Positions 49,010 to 62,400 of a DNA stretch of 64,000 nt are shown in pieces (position 1 is the stretch's first letter; the number at the start of each line of letters is the position of its first letter). The DNA is taken from contig JALDZS010000048.1 in assembly GCA_022813965.1 (NCBI GenBank), positions 1 through 64,000 of the forward strand. Reading direction: 5' to 3'. A program made the translations under genes and the position numbers. The notes below the pieces were generated by a model, which made no database searches, was not told the DNA's origin, and saw only the letters and a program-made list of their open reading frames with translations. Source of the DNA: Toensbergia leucococca. Taxonomy: Eukaryota.

Positions 49010-49715
49010 ATCATGGGTCGAGACCCCTCAGCGCTCTGATCAGGTCTGATGGGCCGTCCCGAAGTACGGGGTACACGATGATGTTGTTGAGATTGCGCTC
49101 GAGGGTGAATGTCCGGGGGATTTTGATAGGCTCGAATGTCGTAGCTGCAAGGATAGCGCGATGGGGCACGCGACTGTTGGGCGAGGGCTGTGGACAATAA
49201 AGTGGATAGGGACGTTCGTAGGTACGGTCTCGGAGCGGGGAGTCAGGATTCGAGGATTTCTCAGTATGATACTGATGGGCTCAACGCTCCACCTTGATGC
49301 CTGTGTCGCGCTTTGCGCTTTGCGCTAGTGAACAGGGGTGACGTATGTCTGGAGGATGTTGGAAGAGATCTTTCGTTGATGTTGGTCGATTCAGAGATAT
49401 TGGAGACAGTATTGCGCAAATGTGGGAGGCCTACAATGGACCGTCGATGGTGCCTGGTTGAGTCTGGGGATGAAACATTGCTGCTGGTGTTTGATCGCCC
49501 AAGTGGCGAAAGGTAAGACGACAGGAGCCGATGAAGGACCGACCGAGGGACCGTCTAAAAATACCTCACAACTCATTTTGGCATCAAAAAGGAGCAGTGA
49601 ACCCGGAACAACAACTCTGAACCACTGTTTTCTTACTTTACTGTCATGATGATATTTCGTTCAATGGACTGGTAACAAGCTCATATCTAGGTACGCACAT
49701 GACTGCTGCTCAACC

Positions 49716-50687
49716 ATGTCACACCACATAGACCTTTCTTCCCTCTCGAACCCACTTGCAACCACAGAGCAGCTGTCCAATTCTGCATCCCAGCTAGATG
49801 GGATTCCCTCCGACCTGGAAAAGTCTGTTCGATATGCTGGTACGCTCCTTACCCAGGCCGCTGGAATCTTACTCCGACTGCCTCAGGAGATAATTGCAAA
49901 GGCCATTGTCAGCTTCACGAGATTCTACCTTGGGCCGGAAGGTGGGAGCTTCCTAGTTCATGGGGCCAAGGTCAGCTAACCCTTGACCTTTTCTCGCCCG
50001 ACCCTCTCTGACATTCGCTTGCAGGACATATCCTCGGCGTCCCTGTACATGACTGCCAAGATCTCGGCCTTACCTCAATCCCCACGATCAATTCTCAATG
50101 TCTACGAATACCTCCTTTCCCCTTCTTCTCACCACGCACCACCTATCTCAACTGAGTGTGCAAACCTTTCCAAGCCGGAGCCTGATACCTACTACCTATC
50201 CGAGGGTTCCTATCAACTGGCTCGCACCATACTTCTTCGCACTGAATCCATCCTCCTCCGTCATGTCTCGTTCAACACACACGTCTCATTGCCCCACCAC
50301 TTAGCTCTCACCTATCTACAAACGCTTGGTGTAGTCCCTGCCGTTCCTTCCCCTGAATCTAGTGCCCTAGTCAAACGTACCCTTGCACACCTGAATACGG
50401 CATTGCTGTCACCTCAAATGCTGTACTTGACGCATCAGCCCACAACTTTAGCAGTAGCGGCCATATATCTTGCGGCTCGAGAGGTAGGTACCAAATTGTC
50501 AGGTATAGAATGGTGGGAGGTTTTTGACGTTGAGCGAGAAGAATTGGGGTTCTTGATTGTGGGCTTAAGGAGCTGCGAAGGCTGGGCTAGAGAAGAAAAA
50601 GTCAAATGGGCTGAAAGGCGTTGTCCACTCACTGTTGAGGGCGTGGAGAGTGAACTGAGGTTTCGAAATGCTGGTGCTATCGATTGA
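49716..50687 (+). CDS. Cyclin L-like cyclin-fold protein, 2 exons
   Basis: LTQAAGILLRLPQEIIAKAIVSFTRFY, SLYMTAK, ESILL, and AVAAIYLAAR...WWEVFDV. Intron at ~49971-50023. Confidence 0.85.
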
Positions 50688-51351
50688 GCAACCTGCCTGG
50701 CTGCAGCTTGCGGGCACCTCCTGTGCAGATATAAATTGCGTAGATCACGGTAAAGAACCTGGTCAGTGGTGCAAAGCTAATTTTGATATCGATATTAGCG
50801 ACTGCGAGTAGCGTCTGCAGTGTATACGCAAACGTCTGTGGAAATCGGGGGAGGTGTGGAAGAGCTCAATGATAGTATTCGCTTTTATGCAATAGTGAAC
50901 ATGTTCTACGGATACACAAGACTGAAAAATTGAAAGGTACTCGGTACACAAAGTCTGATTTACTGGTATCCACTCGAGCGACTTCATGTGAAGAAAGCCC
51001 CGTTGGCAGGGGATGGCGCGTCTGGGATGTACGGGCCGAAACCCAAACTTCAGGGATAAGGCATTCTAGACTGTCTCCTGTATGGCTCCGTACTCCGTAA
51101 TATTACCGGCCATGACCCAAAACCACGTCACTGAATAATTCAAGTACTCCCTTTTGGTCAAAGTCCATCTTCGCCTACAATGTGCATCTTCGCTCGCCCC
51201 ATATACTACGTGACACCGTCCGTCAATCCTCAAACATGCCCATCTAGATTCAGGCTGCTTGCGCTGTTGGCATTCTTCGAAATTTGAAGTAGGCACCGGG
51301 TCTTGCCTTTGCTTATTTCTTGACTGATAAGAGGACTAGTCCCTTCCTTAC

Positions 51352-52647
51352 ATGAGTATAATGGCTTTGGCTTCGCCGCCACTAATGTCTCCTTCTGGCC
51401 TATCCAAAATGTTCGAAACTTCATCCAAGGAGAGCACACAACCTCGGTATCAGGGTCGTTTACCTCTACAACAGTCTGTGAGTTCTGCAAGTCAGATACC
51501 TGTCTCACCCACCAAGGGATCTCTATCTCCTCAATTCGCTTCAGCACGTTACGTTCAGCAATGCCGTGCCTTGATGGAACATCAACGCCAAGTTTTTGAC
51601 GAAGAAAGGGCCTTGTGGCATACAGAGAGACAAGAACTACAAGAGAAGCTTACACAAGTGGAAGCTATGTTGCGGCAATGTCAGGCCAACTCTGGGAACG
51701 GCATAATGTCTCCATATGATGCGGCAGAAGCAGTGCCCGGGGGCCGGTCGGCATATGTAAATATCGATTATTCGAAGCATGCCACCATAAGTACAGGTGA
51801 TGAATTCTGGAGAGGGGCTGGTGGTAAAAGTGGTGCTCAGCCAACCCGTACGTTTTCCGACTCGTCGACTCAGTCAATAAAATTGGAAGAAAGACGCTTG
51901 CCCAGTATCGCTGAAGACGATGTTACCCATGGGTCCAGAGCGCCGAGGAATTGCTCAAATAAGTCGAACGGTGTTCGGAAATCAAGTCTTCAGGCCGTGA
52001 CATTCGACAAAAATCTTGATGGCATCAACTTCAAGCCCAATGGTTTACCGCCTGCAATTGTTCAGAGTGTCATGACAGAATCACCATCATCTCACCGCTC
52101 CGAATCCCCAGCGCATGCTTCTCCTGGCTTCATCGCTTTACCTTCCTCTAGTCTGCAGGCATCTGAAGATCCCTATATCAAGGACGCCGGACATACTCCA
52201 TTAATTCGTCGAGGGAGTGGGCATCAAGACGGTAGCTCCAGTGTCACCCCAAGTGAATCGCACACCCCTACCAAACCAGAGAAAGAGCGACCGCCGTTGG
52301 AGCCTCATTCTTCGACCGTCAAGATACCGTCTGAGCGAGCCAAGTCGTACTTCCCTCAGTCGGTCGACGACATCAACGAAGATCCAGGGTTGAAAGGGCC
52401 GCTTAGCTTAAACAATAGCAAAGCCGAAGATAAGGGATTTCTCAACGAATTGGATTCCAAGCTCTTACAAGCTGTAAGAGCATCAACGCAGGAGCTCCCC
52501 GATATCAGCGAGTCCAACAATGCAGACAAGGACAGCTTAGAAGAAGGCAAAGGCCCCGATCCTGAACCGGAGCCCAAATTGCGAATCAAGAGAAGCATGA
52601 ATTTCGGAAGCGCTTTTGGAGCTGCGAGGTGCGGGAAAGACATCTGA
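51352..52647 (+). CDS. Hypothetical protein with an N-terminal coiled coil, largely disordered
   Basis: Intronless 431-aa ORF. Coiled coil QRQVFDEERALWHTERQELQEKL and short motifs GDEFWRG, DAGHTP, DPGLKGPL and LRIKRSMNFGSAFG. Confidence 0.8.
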   Translation: MSIMALASPPLMSPSGLSKMFETSSKESTQPRYQGRLPLQQSVSSASQIPVSPTKGSLSPQFASARYVQQCRALMEHQRQVFDEERALWHTERQELQEKLTQVEAMLRQCQANSGNGIMSPYDAAEAVPGGRSAYVNIDYSKHATISTGDEFWRGAGGKSGAQPTRTFSDSSTQSIKLEERRLPSIAEDDVTHGSRAPRNCSNKSNGVRKSSLQAVTFDKNLDGINFKPNGLPPAIVQSVMTESPSSHRSESPAHASPGFIALPSSSLQASEDPYIKDAGHTPLIRRGSGHQDGSSSVTPSESHTPTKPEKERPPLEPHSSTVKIPSERAKSYFPQSVDDINEDPGLKGPLSLNNSKAEDKGFLNELDSKLLQAVRASTQELPDISESNNADKDSLEEGKGPDPEPEPKLRIKRSMNFGSAFGAARCGKDI

Positions 52648-53364
52648 CCGATGACAGAATTCATTTTGGTGCAAGGAGGCAAAGGAAGCTTTAGCGATGC
52701 ATAGCGGTGGCGCAACCGACTTCCGGCAGGAGTCGTCCTCGTGAACCGCGGTTTACGGCGGACGGGAGGAGTACCTAGGTATATCAGCATTACTATCTCA
52801 TATCATCAAAAGGATAGATACGACCTGGTTCTATGGTAGCATAAAAAACACACCCGGCGTTGGCGGAAAAGTCAATCTGAGCTGGAGGTAGGACAAGTAC
52901 TGATTTCCATTTCTGCCTGACCTTGCCTTGCTTCCTTGCATAAACGTCCAAAGAAGTCTGGAATGCCAGCCGGCTTTGGTGTTCACCAGGCCCGCCTGCA
53001 AGTGAGGAATGCTCGCAATACAGCAGCCACGCAGTAAACGTTTCAGGTTCTGGACGAGACATTGGTAGTCAGTCCCATGCCTTGCAGGCAGGATGACCGG
53101 CCTCCCTCTTTGCCCCCAATCCTCCCAGGTCGTAATTATTAAAGACGCCTTTCGCAGCAGTAATGATCGCAGATACACTTCCAGTACCTACGTCGACTCC
53201 CATCACCACCAAAGAAAGCGTGTCTTCACATCCGCGCTTTTCCCAATCCCGCGCCCCATACGCTTCTCCGATCCCACACATCCACAAAGCACCTACACCA
53301 CCCTCCCACCCGTCCCCAAAACAAAAAACCCATCCTTTCCCCTTCCAAAGAAAAAAAAAACATA

Positions 53365-53839
53365 ATGCACCTGCCCCCCCTCCTCCCCTTCCTCTACCTC
53401 CTCCCCCTCGCAACCTCCTCCCCCCTCCCCTTCACCGCCGCCGAAAACGCCCAAATAGATCTCCTCCGCGCCCACCACGTCTCAGAAGTATGGTCTCCCC
53501 CCCCCCGCTCTTCCCCTCATCCCCTCTCGCACCCATCATCCCCCTCACCCCTTCCTAAAGAAAGTGAATAAACAGCACACCTCTAACCACCCACCCCAGA
53601 CAGAAATAGCCCACCACCTCGTCCCGCGCCACGCGTCGAGTGCGCCAGCTCCGCTCGTCTCGGTTTCCTCGACGGGCAACGGGGATGGGGGATTGTGGGG
53701 GAGGGTGAGAGGAGGGCGGGGTAGGGGGGAGGAGGTTAGGGGGGAGGTGAGGGGAATGGAGATGAGGGTTGAGGGGTTGGGGGTTGAGGAGAGAATGTTT
53801 GTGAGGGGACGGGTGGGGAGGTTGAGGGTTAGTGGGTGA
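53365..53839 (+). CDS. Small putative secreted protein (~120 aa), 2 exons
   Basis: Signal-peptide-like MHLPPLLPFLYLLPLATSSP. A phase-0 intron GTATGG (53488)...CTAAC...CAG (53599) joins it in frame to TEIAHHLVPR...LRVSG*. Confidence 0.6.
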
Positions 53840-54116
53840 GTTTTTGTGGGATGCTTTTGCGGGGAGAGGGAGGGGGGGGGCGGGATTGCGGGGGCTGTTT
53901 ATGATGATATGGCTGATGTTCTGGTTTGGGAGCGGTGATTTTCTCTGGTGGTCAGTGCGACACTTCTGGATAGGTTGGTGGGGAAGGGGAGCAGTGGGGC
54001 GAGGATCATATTCCAGACTCGGCACGCAAAGAGATTGATAGCCCATACAGGGTTACTAATCAACGCAAGTATCCACCAACGCCAGTTGTGAAAAGACAAA
54101 AGCCGCCGTGTCGCTC

Positions 54117-55339
54117 CTAGACTCCCATGGTGAAGTCGTGCTCGATGCCTGGTGTCACAGAGGCCATGAACTGGATAAGGGTTAGCTCCCAAGAGGTACG
54201 AAGGATAGATAGGGATGATCGAGCAGGCCACGGTTCTCACCTTCAAAAACACCACCAAATACTGATCCACCCGTATCGCTACCTCTTCCTCCTCCCCTCC
54301 CCCCTCATGCTGCAACACCTCCCACTCATCCCCGCCCGCCCCTCCAGCCGCAGCAACCCCGCCTGCAAAACCCCTCCTCTCCCTTTCCGCCAACCCCACA
54401 TGCTGCATCTCATCCACCAAGCCCTCCATCCCGCTCTCCACCCTCCCCTCGCCACCTCTCCCGCTCCGCAACTTCTGCTTCCGGATCTTGAGAGCGGCGT
54501 CGGCGCGATCGAGCAGGACCTTCATTACCGAAGCGTGTTTACAGGGGTGGACCGAGGCCATTTTGACGCCATGCTCGAAGAAGGGGAAATCTTCCAGGGT
54601 GACGGTTTTGTCTTTGTAGTCGCCGACTATATCTTCCATCATTAAGGGAGGGGGAAGGGGTTCGGAGGGGGAGAGATAGCCTGAGAGGTAGAGGCGCGGG
54701 GTACGGTAGTAGGGGGAGAAGGTTATGTAGAGAGTGTAGGTTCTTAGGGGTCTGGAGGGTTAGGGATGGGAGTTAGCTGGGAAGTATATTGGAGTTTTCA
54801 GAGGGTTCCTACGCTGTGATTCCTTTGCCATTGGGATCTCTGATAATGGCTTCCTCGTCGTCTTCTTCGTCTTCCATGTCTGGAAATTCTTCCTCCTCTT
54901 CTTCCCTCTCTCCAACATTCCCGCTTTCATCCACCGTCCTTACATCTGCTAATCGGGCTTCCTGGCTAGCTGCTAGCCCTCCAGTCCGCAGCCATCCATC
55001 GTCCTCTCCTCCGGGCCCACCTTCGCCTCCGGCCGCGAATCCGTCCTGCACCATGGCTTCATCCTGTCCTGCATCTCCGGCAAAGTTCTCGTCCAGCCGG
55101 CGGTGGCAGGGCACACCGCGGGTTACGAGGAACTGTTTGTTGCTGGGTAGATACGATACACGTTTTGATGGGTGAGAGGCATCGGCCCAGGACCAGGTAG
55201 GGAATTTGTAGACCAGGTAGTCGCCTGCGAGGACGAACTCTTCGGGGGTGATCTGGCCGGTGGCGCGGAAGGTGGAGGTGTGAGAGATGGGAGCCCACTG
55301 GTCGAGAAAGGTGTGGAGAGTGGAACGAACGACGTTCAT
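54117..55339 (-). CDS. atg3: Autophagy E2-like enzyme Atg3, 3 exons
   Basis: [59 protein letters not shown], catalytic VHPCKHA, and [27 protein letters not shown]. Confidence 0.97.
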
Positions 55340-55612
55340 TTCTAGTTATGATGATAGTAATGTGCGGGTTTTAGGGAAAGATTTGGGAGAGGTTGGCGGT
55401 GAGCCTTTTACGGCGTTCAAGGTGGTCAAGGTCGGCTTTGTACCTGGATTTATGGCGGGGCTTCAAAGAGCGCTAGTGTCGAACTAGAACAGGTATCATT
55501 CATACACTGTTGCCTGACATGACTTCTTTCTCGTGACCATTATGAGAATGATAATCATACGAGTAGATCATCTTCCAATCTTCCTAAGAAAATCAGATTT
55601 TCCGAATCCATT

Positions 55613-56422
55613 ATGGCAGTGACCAAGTCCTCTATGACGTTCCCTTTTTTCAAACTACCCCCCGAGGTTCGGAACATGGTCTACGCCTACTTGTTACGGT
55701 CCAAGAACACTATCAACCTCAACCAGTCTTATATCCTTTTCAGCGGTCTCAACGGGGTGGAGATAAACCTGTTTTATGTCAACCGGCAGATGTGTAAAGA
55801 AGCCACCTCGTTATTTTATGCAATGAATTCAATAATCATCAATACAAATATCAGCCACCTTTATCGATCCACCCCTGTGTTGCACGGCATCATCAGACAA
55901 GATACGGCCTCCAGAACGCCGCGATCACTGCGTCATGGTCGCTTTATCACTTCAACCAGACATATCGGGAGACTGTATCCCCATGTACTTGCCCGCTTGG
56001 CCAGTATCCGCGTAAACTTCTACTGGCCTGCAAATAAAGCTAATTGGCCAACATCAAGTCATCTTCTAAGGAGTCTGCTGCAAGCCCTGTATCAAATATT
56101 GAAGGTGGAACCAGAGCAAAGGAATAAGGTGTTTTGTTTCCACTTCAATCTTGAGCAAAGGTGAGTATTTGGGAAGCTTGATACGTTCCACAACTGATGG
56201 TTCCAAAGTGTGAGTCCCGCCATTGAGTGGACATCAATCTTAGAGGCACAGCTGCTACATCATATTGAAGATCATGCCGTAATTAAACGCCTGAGAGAGC
56301 TAAATGGGATAAGAAAAGTCAAGATGGCGGGGAAATTCACTCCGCAAAACATTCAGCGATTGCAAGAGTCAGTGAACCAAGTCGCTATGGTCAAATCATC
56401 TTCTCAGTGCACAGATCTATGA
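55613..56422 (+). CDS. Fungal protein with an N-terminal F-box-like motif, 2 exons
   Basis: FPFFKLPPEVRNMVYAYLL and LFYVNRQMCKEATSLFYAMN. Intron 56161-56208 keeps the frame. Confidence 0.7.
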
Positions 56423-57130
56423 GTGCAGCCTAGGAAAGATGTGTGCATGATTTGATCTTGTTCGTTTCCATAATGGACATGGGTGACTCATTTCCGAGGA
56501 CTTAAGAAGCCACAATAATGAGGAAATGCGGAAGGCAGCGAGCTAATAGTTCAACTCTATGGTTTTTCATCAGGCTGCTCTCGATCTTTTCTGACCACAC
56601 TTATCTCAGACGGGCAAGACCCTGTAGTGAGACGTGGTCTGGAGTTGGTGACAGACAAGGCCCCGTATTGCATTTACTGAAAGATGGATTATTAATCCTG
56701 AGAGGTATTTAATAACATCGCCTGGGTTCGTCAATTTGTTCTGATGGGCAACCTTCTTTCCTGTATTCTTTTGGGCAATCTCGCTTTGCCGTCACCGACC
56801 TTCAAGTGAAAATGAGGTGTTAAGGCGTTTCTATCAACTTAGTTCAGCTCGGTCAGTCAAAAAGGATGGTGAAGTCTTTTAGGCGTAGCCTTTAAAAAGT
56901 GAGCTCGCATCTTCACAGGATTTGCTCTGTATCAGAGAGACTACTAATCTCTTTTTCAATGGAGTTGTCTATTTTGACCAAGACCGTATACGTACAGGAA
57001 GTGGCATTCTAGACGTTGTCTATCGGACGCCACAAAGACGCAAATTTGTGTGGGTTCAGATTGATTCGGTGTCTATTGCCCACGCAATTGGCGCAAGATG
57101 CACCGCGACAAGAGTAGACCTCTTCGCCTT

Positions 57131-58187
57131 CTACGACGCTTCATCCCCAAGGCGGTCCAATATGACACAAAGCTCTTCAACGACAAAGTCGGGATCATCC
57201 CTCTGCACAAAATGGCCACATCCGTTGGCTAATACAGGCCCTCGGCTACGCTCTGGATCTGTAAGCTTGGCAAGGCCTTCGTTATACTCATGCCAAATTG
57301 GGTTCGTAAATTTCAGGTGAAGCGACCTCGGTGTACCCATTTGCTACGGTAAATATCTTAAGCCAAAGATTCTCCTCCGAACTAGAGACACCACTCACCT
57401 GAAGTCCTTCATCCGCAAACCTTTCAAAATCATGCCCAACAACAGTAACAAATGGCCTTTTCCCATCCGGTCCCATCAGCTTAGGCTCATCGCTACGTGG
57501 CAACAACTTCGGTAACCTTCTTCGGTCGAGACCCTCCCGATTCACAACCTCAGGACGAAATATCGCAGCAAACTTAGCTCTATGCTCTCTCAGCACCTCG
57601 ACCGTGACATCCTCTGGCAATAGCTCCGCCTTAAACCCCTCTTCGTCAGGATTAGGCCAGAAATCCAAATCTGAATTCGCCACCATCGAATCTAGGAGCA
57701 GTAACCCCGCAACCGTCCCCGGATACCTCCAAGCATACAATCTAGCAATCGCACACCCAATCGAATTGGCGACCAGCACAAGCCGCAGCTCCACTCCCAC
57801 TTTTCCCAACTCTTGTGTCGCAATCTGCGAAATCAACTGATGCAAATCTCGGACTACATCCATGACATCATGCCCGTACCCCTTCTCCCCAGCCTCGTCC
57901 AACGGATCTCGATCTTCAGACAAACCTTGGCCGTAGCGATCATAGGCCAGCATGGACGGAAAGCTGCCGGGTTGGCGCTTGCGGATTAGGCCGGCCATGA
58001 CGGCAAGCCAGGAGGCTTTTGGGGCCACGAGGCCGTTTACGAAGATTACGAGGTGGGTAGGGGTTTGTTGAGTGCTGTTGCCGAGAGCGATGGTGTATTC
58101 GATTGCGGCGCTGGGCTTGGTTGTGAGGGCCAGGCTTGCGTGGCGGATTTGGCGGGGAAGGGCTTGTGCGGGTTGGGGGAGTGCCAT
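57131..58187 (-). CDS. Alpha/beta hydrolase, 2 exons
   Basis: VIFVNGL, YDRYGQGLS, nucleophile elbow ANSIG, GLLLLDS and C-terminal GCGHFVQRDDP. Intron at ~57398-57346. Confidence 0.88.
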
Positions 58188-59413
58188 TTTTGGGGGAGGG
58201 TGGAGGGTTTTATGAGCTCTGTAATGGAGCGTTTCGTGTGTAAAATTGTTTTTGTAAAGTGATGGGGGTTGAGAGATGGGTGGATTTCTTTCGTTGTTTT
58301 TATCTCCACTTGCACTGAAATTCAGCCCGAGCTGACAAGAGCGCCAAGATCCTTGCAGCTAGAGTTGGGAGGCTTGAGGAATTTAATCCCGTTTGTTTTC
58401 CTCCGGGCAAAATCTAAGTGGGATATATCTAGGGTACCTAATTGCAGTTACTCCGTGTTGAATGTGCGTTGCCCGCAGATGCGTCTTACAAAGGGAGTGG
58501 AGGTACTTTTTTCGGCCGTGAGGATGTTCATCTATTCTATTTTTGGAATCCTCGTTTTCTTTTTTTTTGGGAGTTGTAGCTCCTTTCCCCTCATCATCAA
58601 TTGAACTCCTCATTCTCTTTCTCATCTTTCTCACAACACACCCCCCTCAAAAGAAACTCTCCTTCAAACCTCCCCACCCCCAAAGCCACAAAAACACAAA
58701 AACACAAAAAGTCACAAAACACCACCCAAAAAAACAATCTTTTCAATCTTTTAAAAGAAAAAAGAAAAAAGAAGCTGCATGACAAGGGAGTGGTTTCAGT
58801 AAATAGTTTCAATCTTCAATATTTCCCCCCCTTTTTTTGAGGGACGGGCCAAGGGAAAGAAGGTGCATGAGGAGAGGGAATGTGAGGTGTGAAAATGGTT
58901 GGGTATGTGAGGATATATATATCTTTTTGATATTTGTTGATATTTTTTGGGGGGTTTTGGGCTTCGGAGATTGTGAGGGGTGGTTTTTGGTGTAGTGAAG
59001 CGGGGGGGGCGAGAGAAGAGATTTGTGTTTTGTTTGTAGGAGTTTGGCGGTTTGGCCCCGTGGGGGGTTTCTTTTGGTGTTTGGCGGAGTGGGGAACTCG
59101 TCGGCTTGAAATGCGGAGGAATGGATGGATGGGTGGATGGATGGTGGGGTGCTTGTGAGATTGGGATACCGAGGGAGGGGGAGGTGTGGGATTGTTGGTA
59201 AGGAGGGTGAGATTTGAGGGAGATAAATGATGTTGCTTTTGAGATGATGGTGGGGGGGTGGAATAATCAAGGAGTATGTATGCGTGACTTTTGGGAGAAT
59301 GGGGGATTTGGAGGGCAAGTATGGAAGATGAGCAGATTCTGAGCTGGGGCCGTTGATATCGTAAATAGCATCCGAACTAAAACCTGAAAGCACACATCGC
59401 CCCCTCCGGAAAC

Positions 59414-62400
59414 TCAGTCAAACAAATCAGACATGTACCGCTCATTCCTGAGTTTCATAAACCACTCATCCGCCTCCGCCTCCGTCTTCTTCTCGCCGCT
59501 CTCCTCCCTCTCCACCAACCACATCTTCATCGCCGCATCCTTCACCCCTTCCCCAACCCTCCCGCGTCCACAAACATAAACCTTAGCTCCAGCCTGAAAG
59601 AACTCCAACACATCCTTGCGATCATTCCAAAAGCGATCCTGGACATGTTTAGCCCCGTTGCTACTCTCCGGTGCCCGAGAGTACGCGTAGCGCAAATCCA
59701 CCGCGCCGTTCGAGGCCCAATCCTCGAACTCCGCTTTGTAGAGGCTGTCTTTTTCCGGGTGGGTACAGCCGATGAAGAGGAGGGCCGGGGCGAGTTGGCG
59801 ACCGCATTGGATTTGTTTGGCGCGCTCTTGGACAAAGCCACGGAAGGGGGCGACGCCTGTTCCGGCACAGACCATGATGAGTGGAATGTTGCTGCAGTCG
59901 AGAGGGAGGTGGAAGGATGCGTGACTGTGCTTGACGTCGACTTGAATGTGATCGCCTACTTCTAGGCGGGCGAGGTAGGTTGAAGCGACTCCATGGAACC
60001 GTTTCCCTCCTTGAATGGCTTCTTCGTCAAGAACACCCATTGTGAGGGTACAGACAGAAGGATCGGCCAAGGGAGACGAGGAGATGGAGTACTGTCGGAG
60101 TCGCAGCTGTGGCAACATCGACAAGAACTCTCCTAATGACGTGTTTGCCATAGGATACCTTTCCAGTAAGTCCAACACACTAACACGCTTTTCCGTAATG
60201 TTCTTGCCAAAAGCATCGCCCATTAAGTCTTCTAGTTCCGTCTTGGTAGCTTCATCAGTAACGGTCTTGATGATTGTTTTGATGTTCTAGTAGAGATTAG
60301 CTACGTTATCTATACCGGAATAATTCGACGAGGACAGACTCTTCGTGTTGCGGGCTGGTTCAGCTCCACGTACGCAGACATAATATCATAGACAGACGTC
60401 GGAGCTCCAGTTGGTAGTGTGGTCTCGGCAGATTTAATGGTTACCATCGCATCCCAGGGCAGACCAAATCTTTTCATAGCTCTATGAACCACTTCTGGGT
60501 GGTTCAAGGGCAGCACAGCAAGATAGTCACCAGATCTATACTTCATGTCCGTCGGGAGTTTGACCTCAATATGTCGTTTCGGTGATTCGCCATCTGGAGC
60601 CAGAACCTCGCTCCTGATAACGACGGCATCCTTGACGTCTTGACTTAAATGGGAGGATCGGAGGGTGGTCGAGATTTCAATATCGAGTGCACCAGACTCT
60701 CCACCTTCCTCTTCGCCAAACGCATGACCAATTGCAGGCCAGTATATGGCATCCTCCCATTTTTCAAAGTCATTGAAAACATCATTATTAGCAGCGTCCG
60801 CTAGACCTCGTTCTGCGAGTCTCTTTGCGCCTCTCTTCTCGAGTAGGGAGTCTGTCAATTTAGGGATCCGTTGGTAAGTATCCTTCCAATCACCTGCGAA
60901 AGTCAGTAACATAGAATCGACAAGGAAGTATAACACCACAGGCGTGACAACATGTGAAAAGACAGTTATACAGTGTTACAGAGTGGTACCTCAACAGCAA
61001 GCTGTCTCCAATTAACAACGTTCAGATAGTAGCGTAATGAGACAGGCATTGTACATGAACTCTTCGACAATTACACGAACGTAGACTTACGATTGCCACA
61101 ACCGAAAACGGCGTATTGGACTCCATCAAGCGGCGTACCATCAAGGCTTGTCAGCCAGCTAATGAAGCTTCTAGCATTGTCCGGAGGCTCTCCTTCGTAA
61201 CTGGCAGTAATAATGAGAACAGGGCGGTCTTTCGGTAGATTCGTAGCATCGTCAAGGGGTTTGACATCAGCCTTGTAACCGTGGCTTAGGGACGATTGAG
61301 CGATAACTCCTGCCAAACTCTCACAAGTTCCCATGTTTCCGCCAAAGAGAATTGTCATAGGCTTCTTTGCCCCTTTACTGACGGCGTTCTTCAATTTGGG
61401 TTCAATTGGATCCAATCCAGCTGGTGCATCAGCAGTGCCGCCGCTAACCCTTTTCTCCAGGCTTATGGGGTCAATGCCTTTCCGTAAGGTTGCATACATG
61501 AAGAGATCCTTTGGCTTGATGGTAAGGGTTTGCTTAATGGTGAGCTTGTAGCCTGGATCAACTAAGCGAAAGTCGAAGTTCTGGACAAGCATAGCGACTG
61601 CTAAGATCGCTTCCTGCCATGCAAAACCGCGGCCAATGCAGCCTCTCACACCGTTCCCAAAGGGCTTGGAATTTCAAGTCAGCTTTGGATCTTCTGAAGT
61701 GAGCTTTTCGTCTCTGTAGAAATATTGGAAATGGAGGCTCTTTCCGACCATGCAAAAGCGAGTTAACGCCAAACGGGACGAAGCCACAGGGTGGTAAATG
61801 AAGATACATCAATGCATAAACTTGCATTTAAAGGTGGTACAGTAGATCTACTCGCCTTATTATGAAACGTCATTACAGGAAGATTGAAGGCCATCAAAAG
61901 CAAGCCAGTCACACCGAAAAGCAGCTGATATATAGTCGGACTCACCTTCCATGCATTCTTAGGCAATTTCTCAAAATTCTCATCCAGCATACGCTCAGGT
62001 CGGAATAATTCTGCATCATCTCCATAGATCTGAGGATCGCAATGAATCTTTGGCATAAGCATGCGGAGTGATTTACCAGGCTTAATTAAGTACTGGCCTC
62101 CGCCGATTAATATGGGATCCTCGGTGTTGTTTGGTGAAGGGTGTAACGATATTGTCGACGCTGTCGGATTCAGTCGAAGAGCCTCCCGTAAACAAGCCTG
62201 GATGTAGGGTAATTTTGACATGTGATCTACCGTGATGGGCCCTGTGCCAATGACCATGTCGACCTCCTTCTGAGCTTCCTGGAAAGTTGAAGGATTGGCC
62301 ATGAAACGGTAAAATAGGAAAGAGAGTAGCCCGGACGTTGTCTCATGCCCTAAATGAGCAGTAAGTAATAGCAACTAGCATTGTGGTGGGTCAACGGGAT

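Noticed and set aside
52793..53178. Minus-strand ORFs and small hairpins after the 51352 gene
   Set aside because: No recognisable motif, and the hairpins are short enough to be expected by chance.
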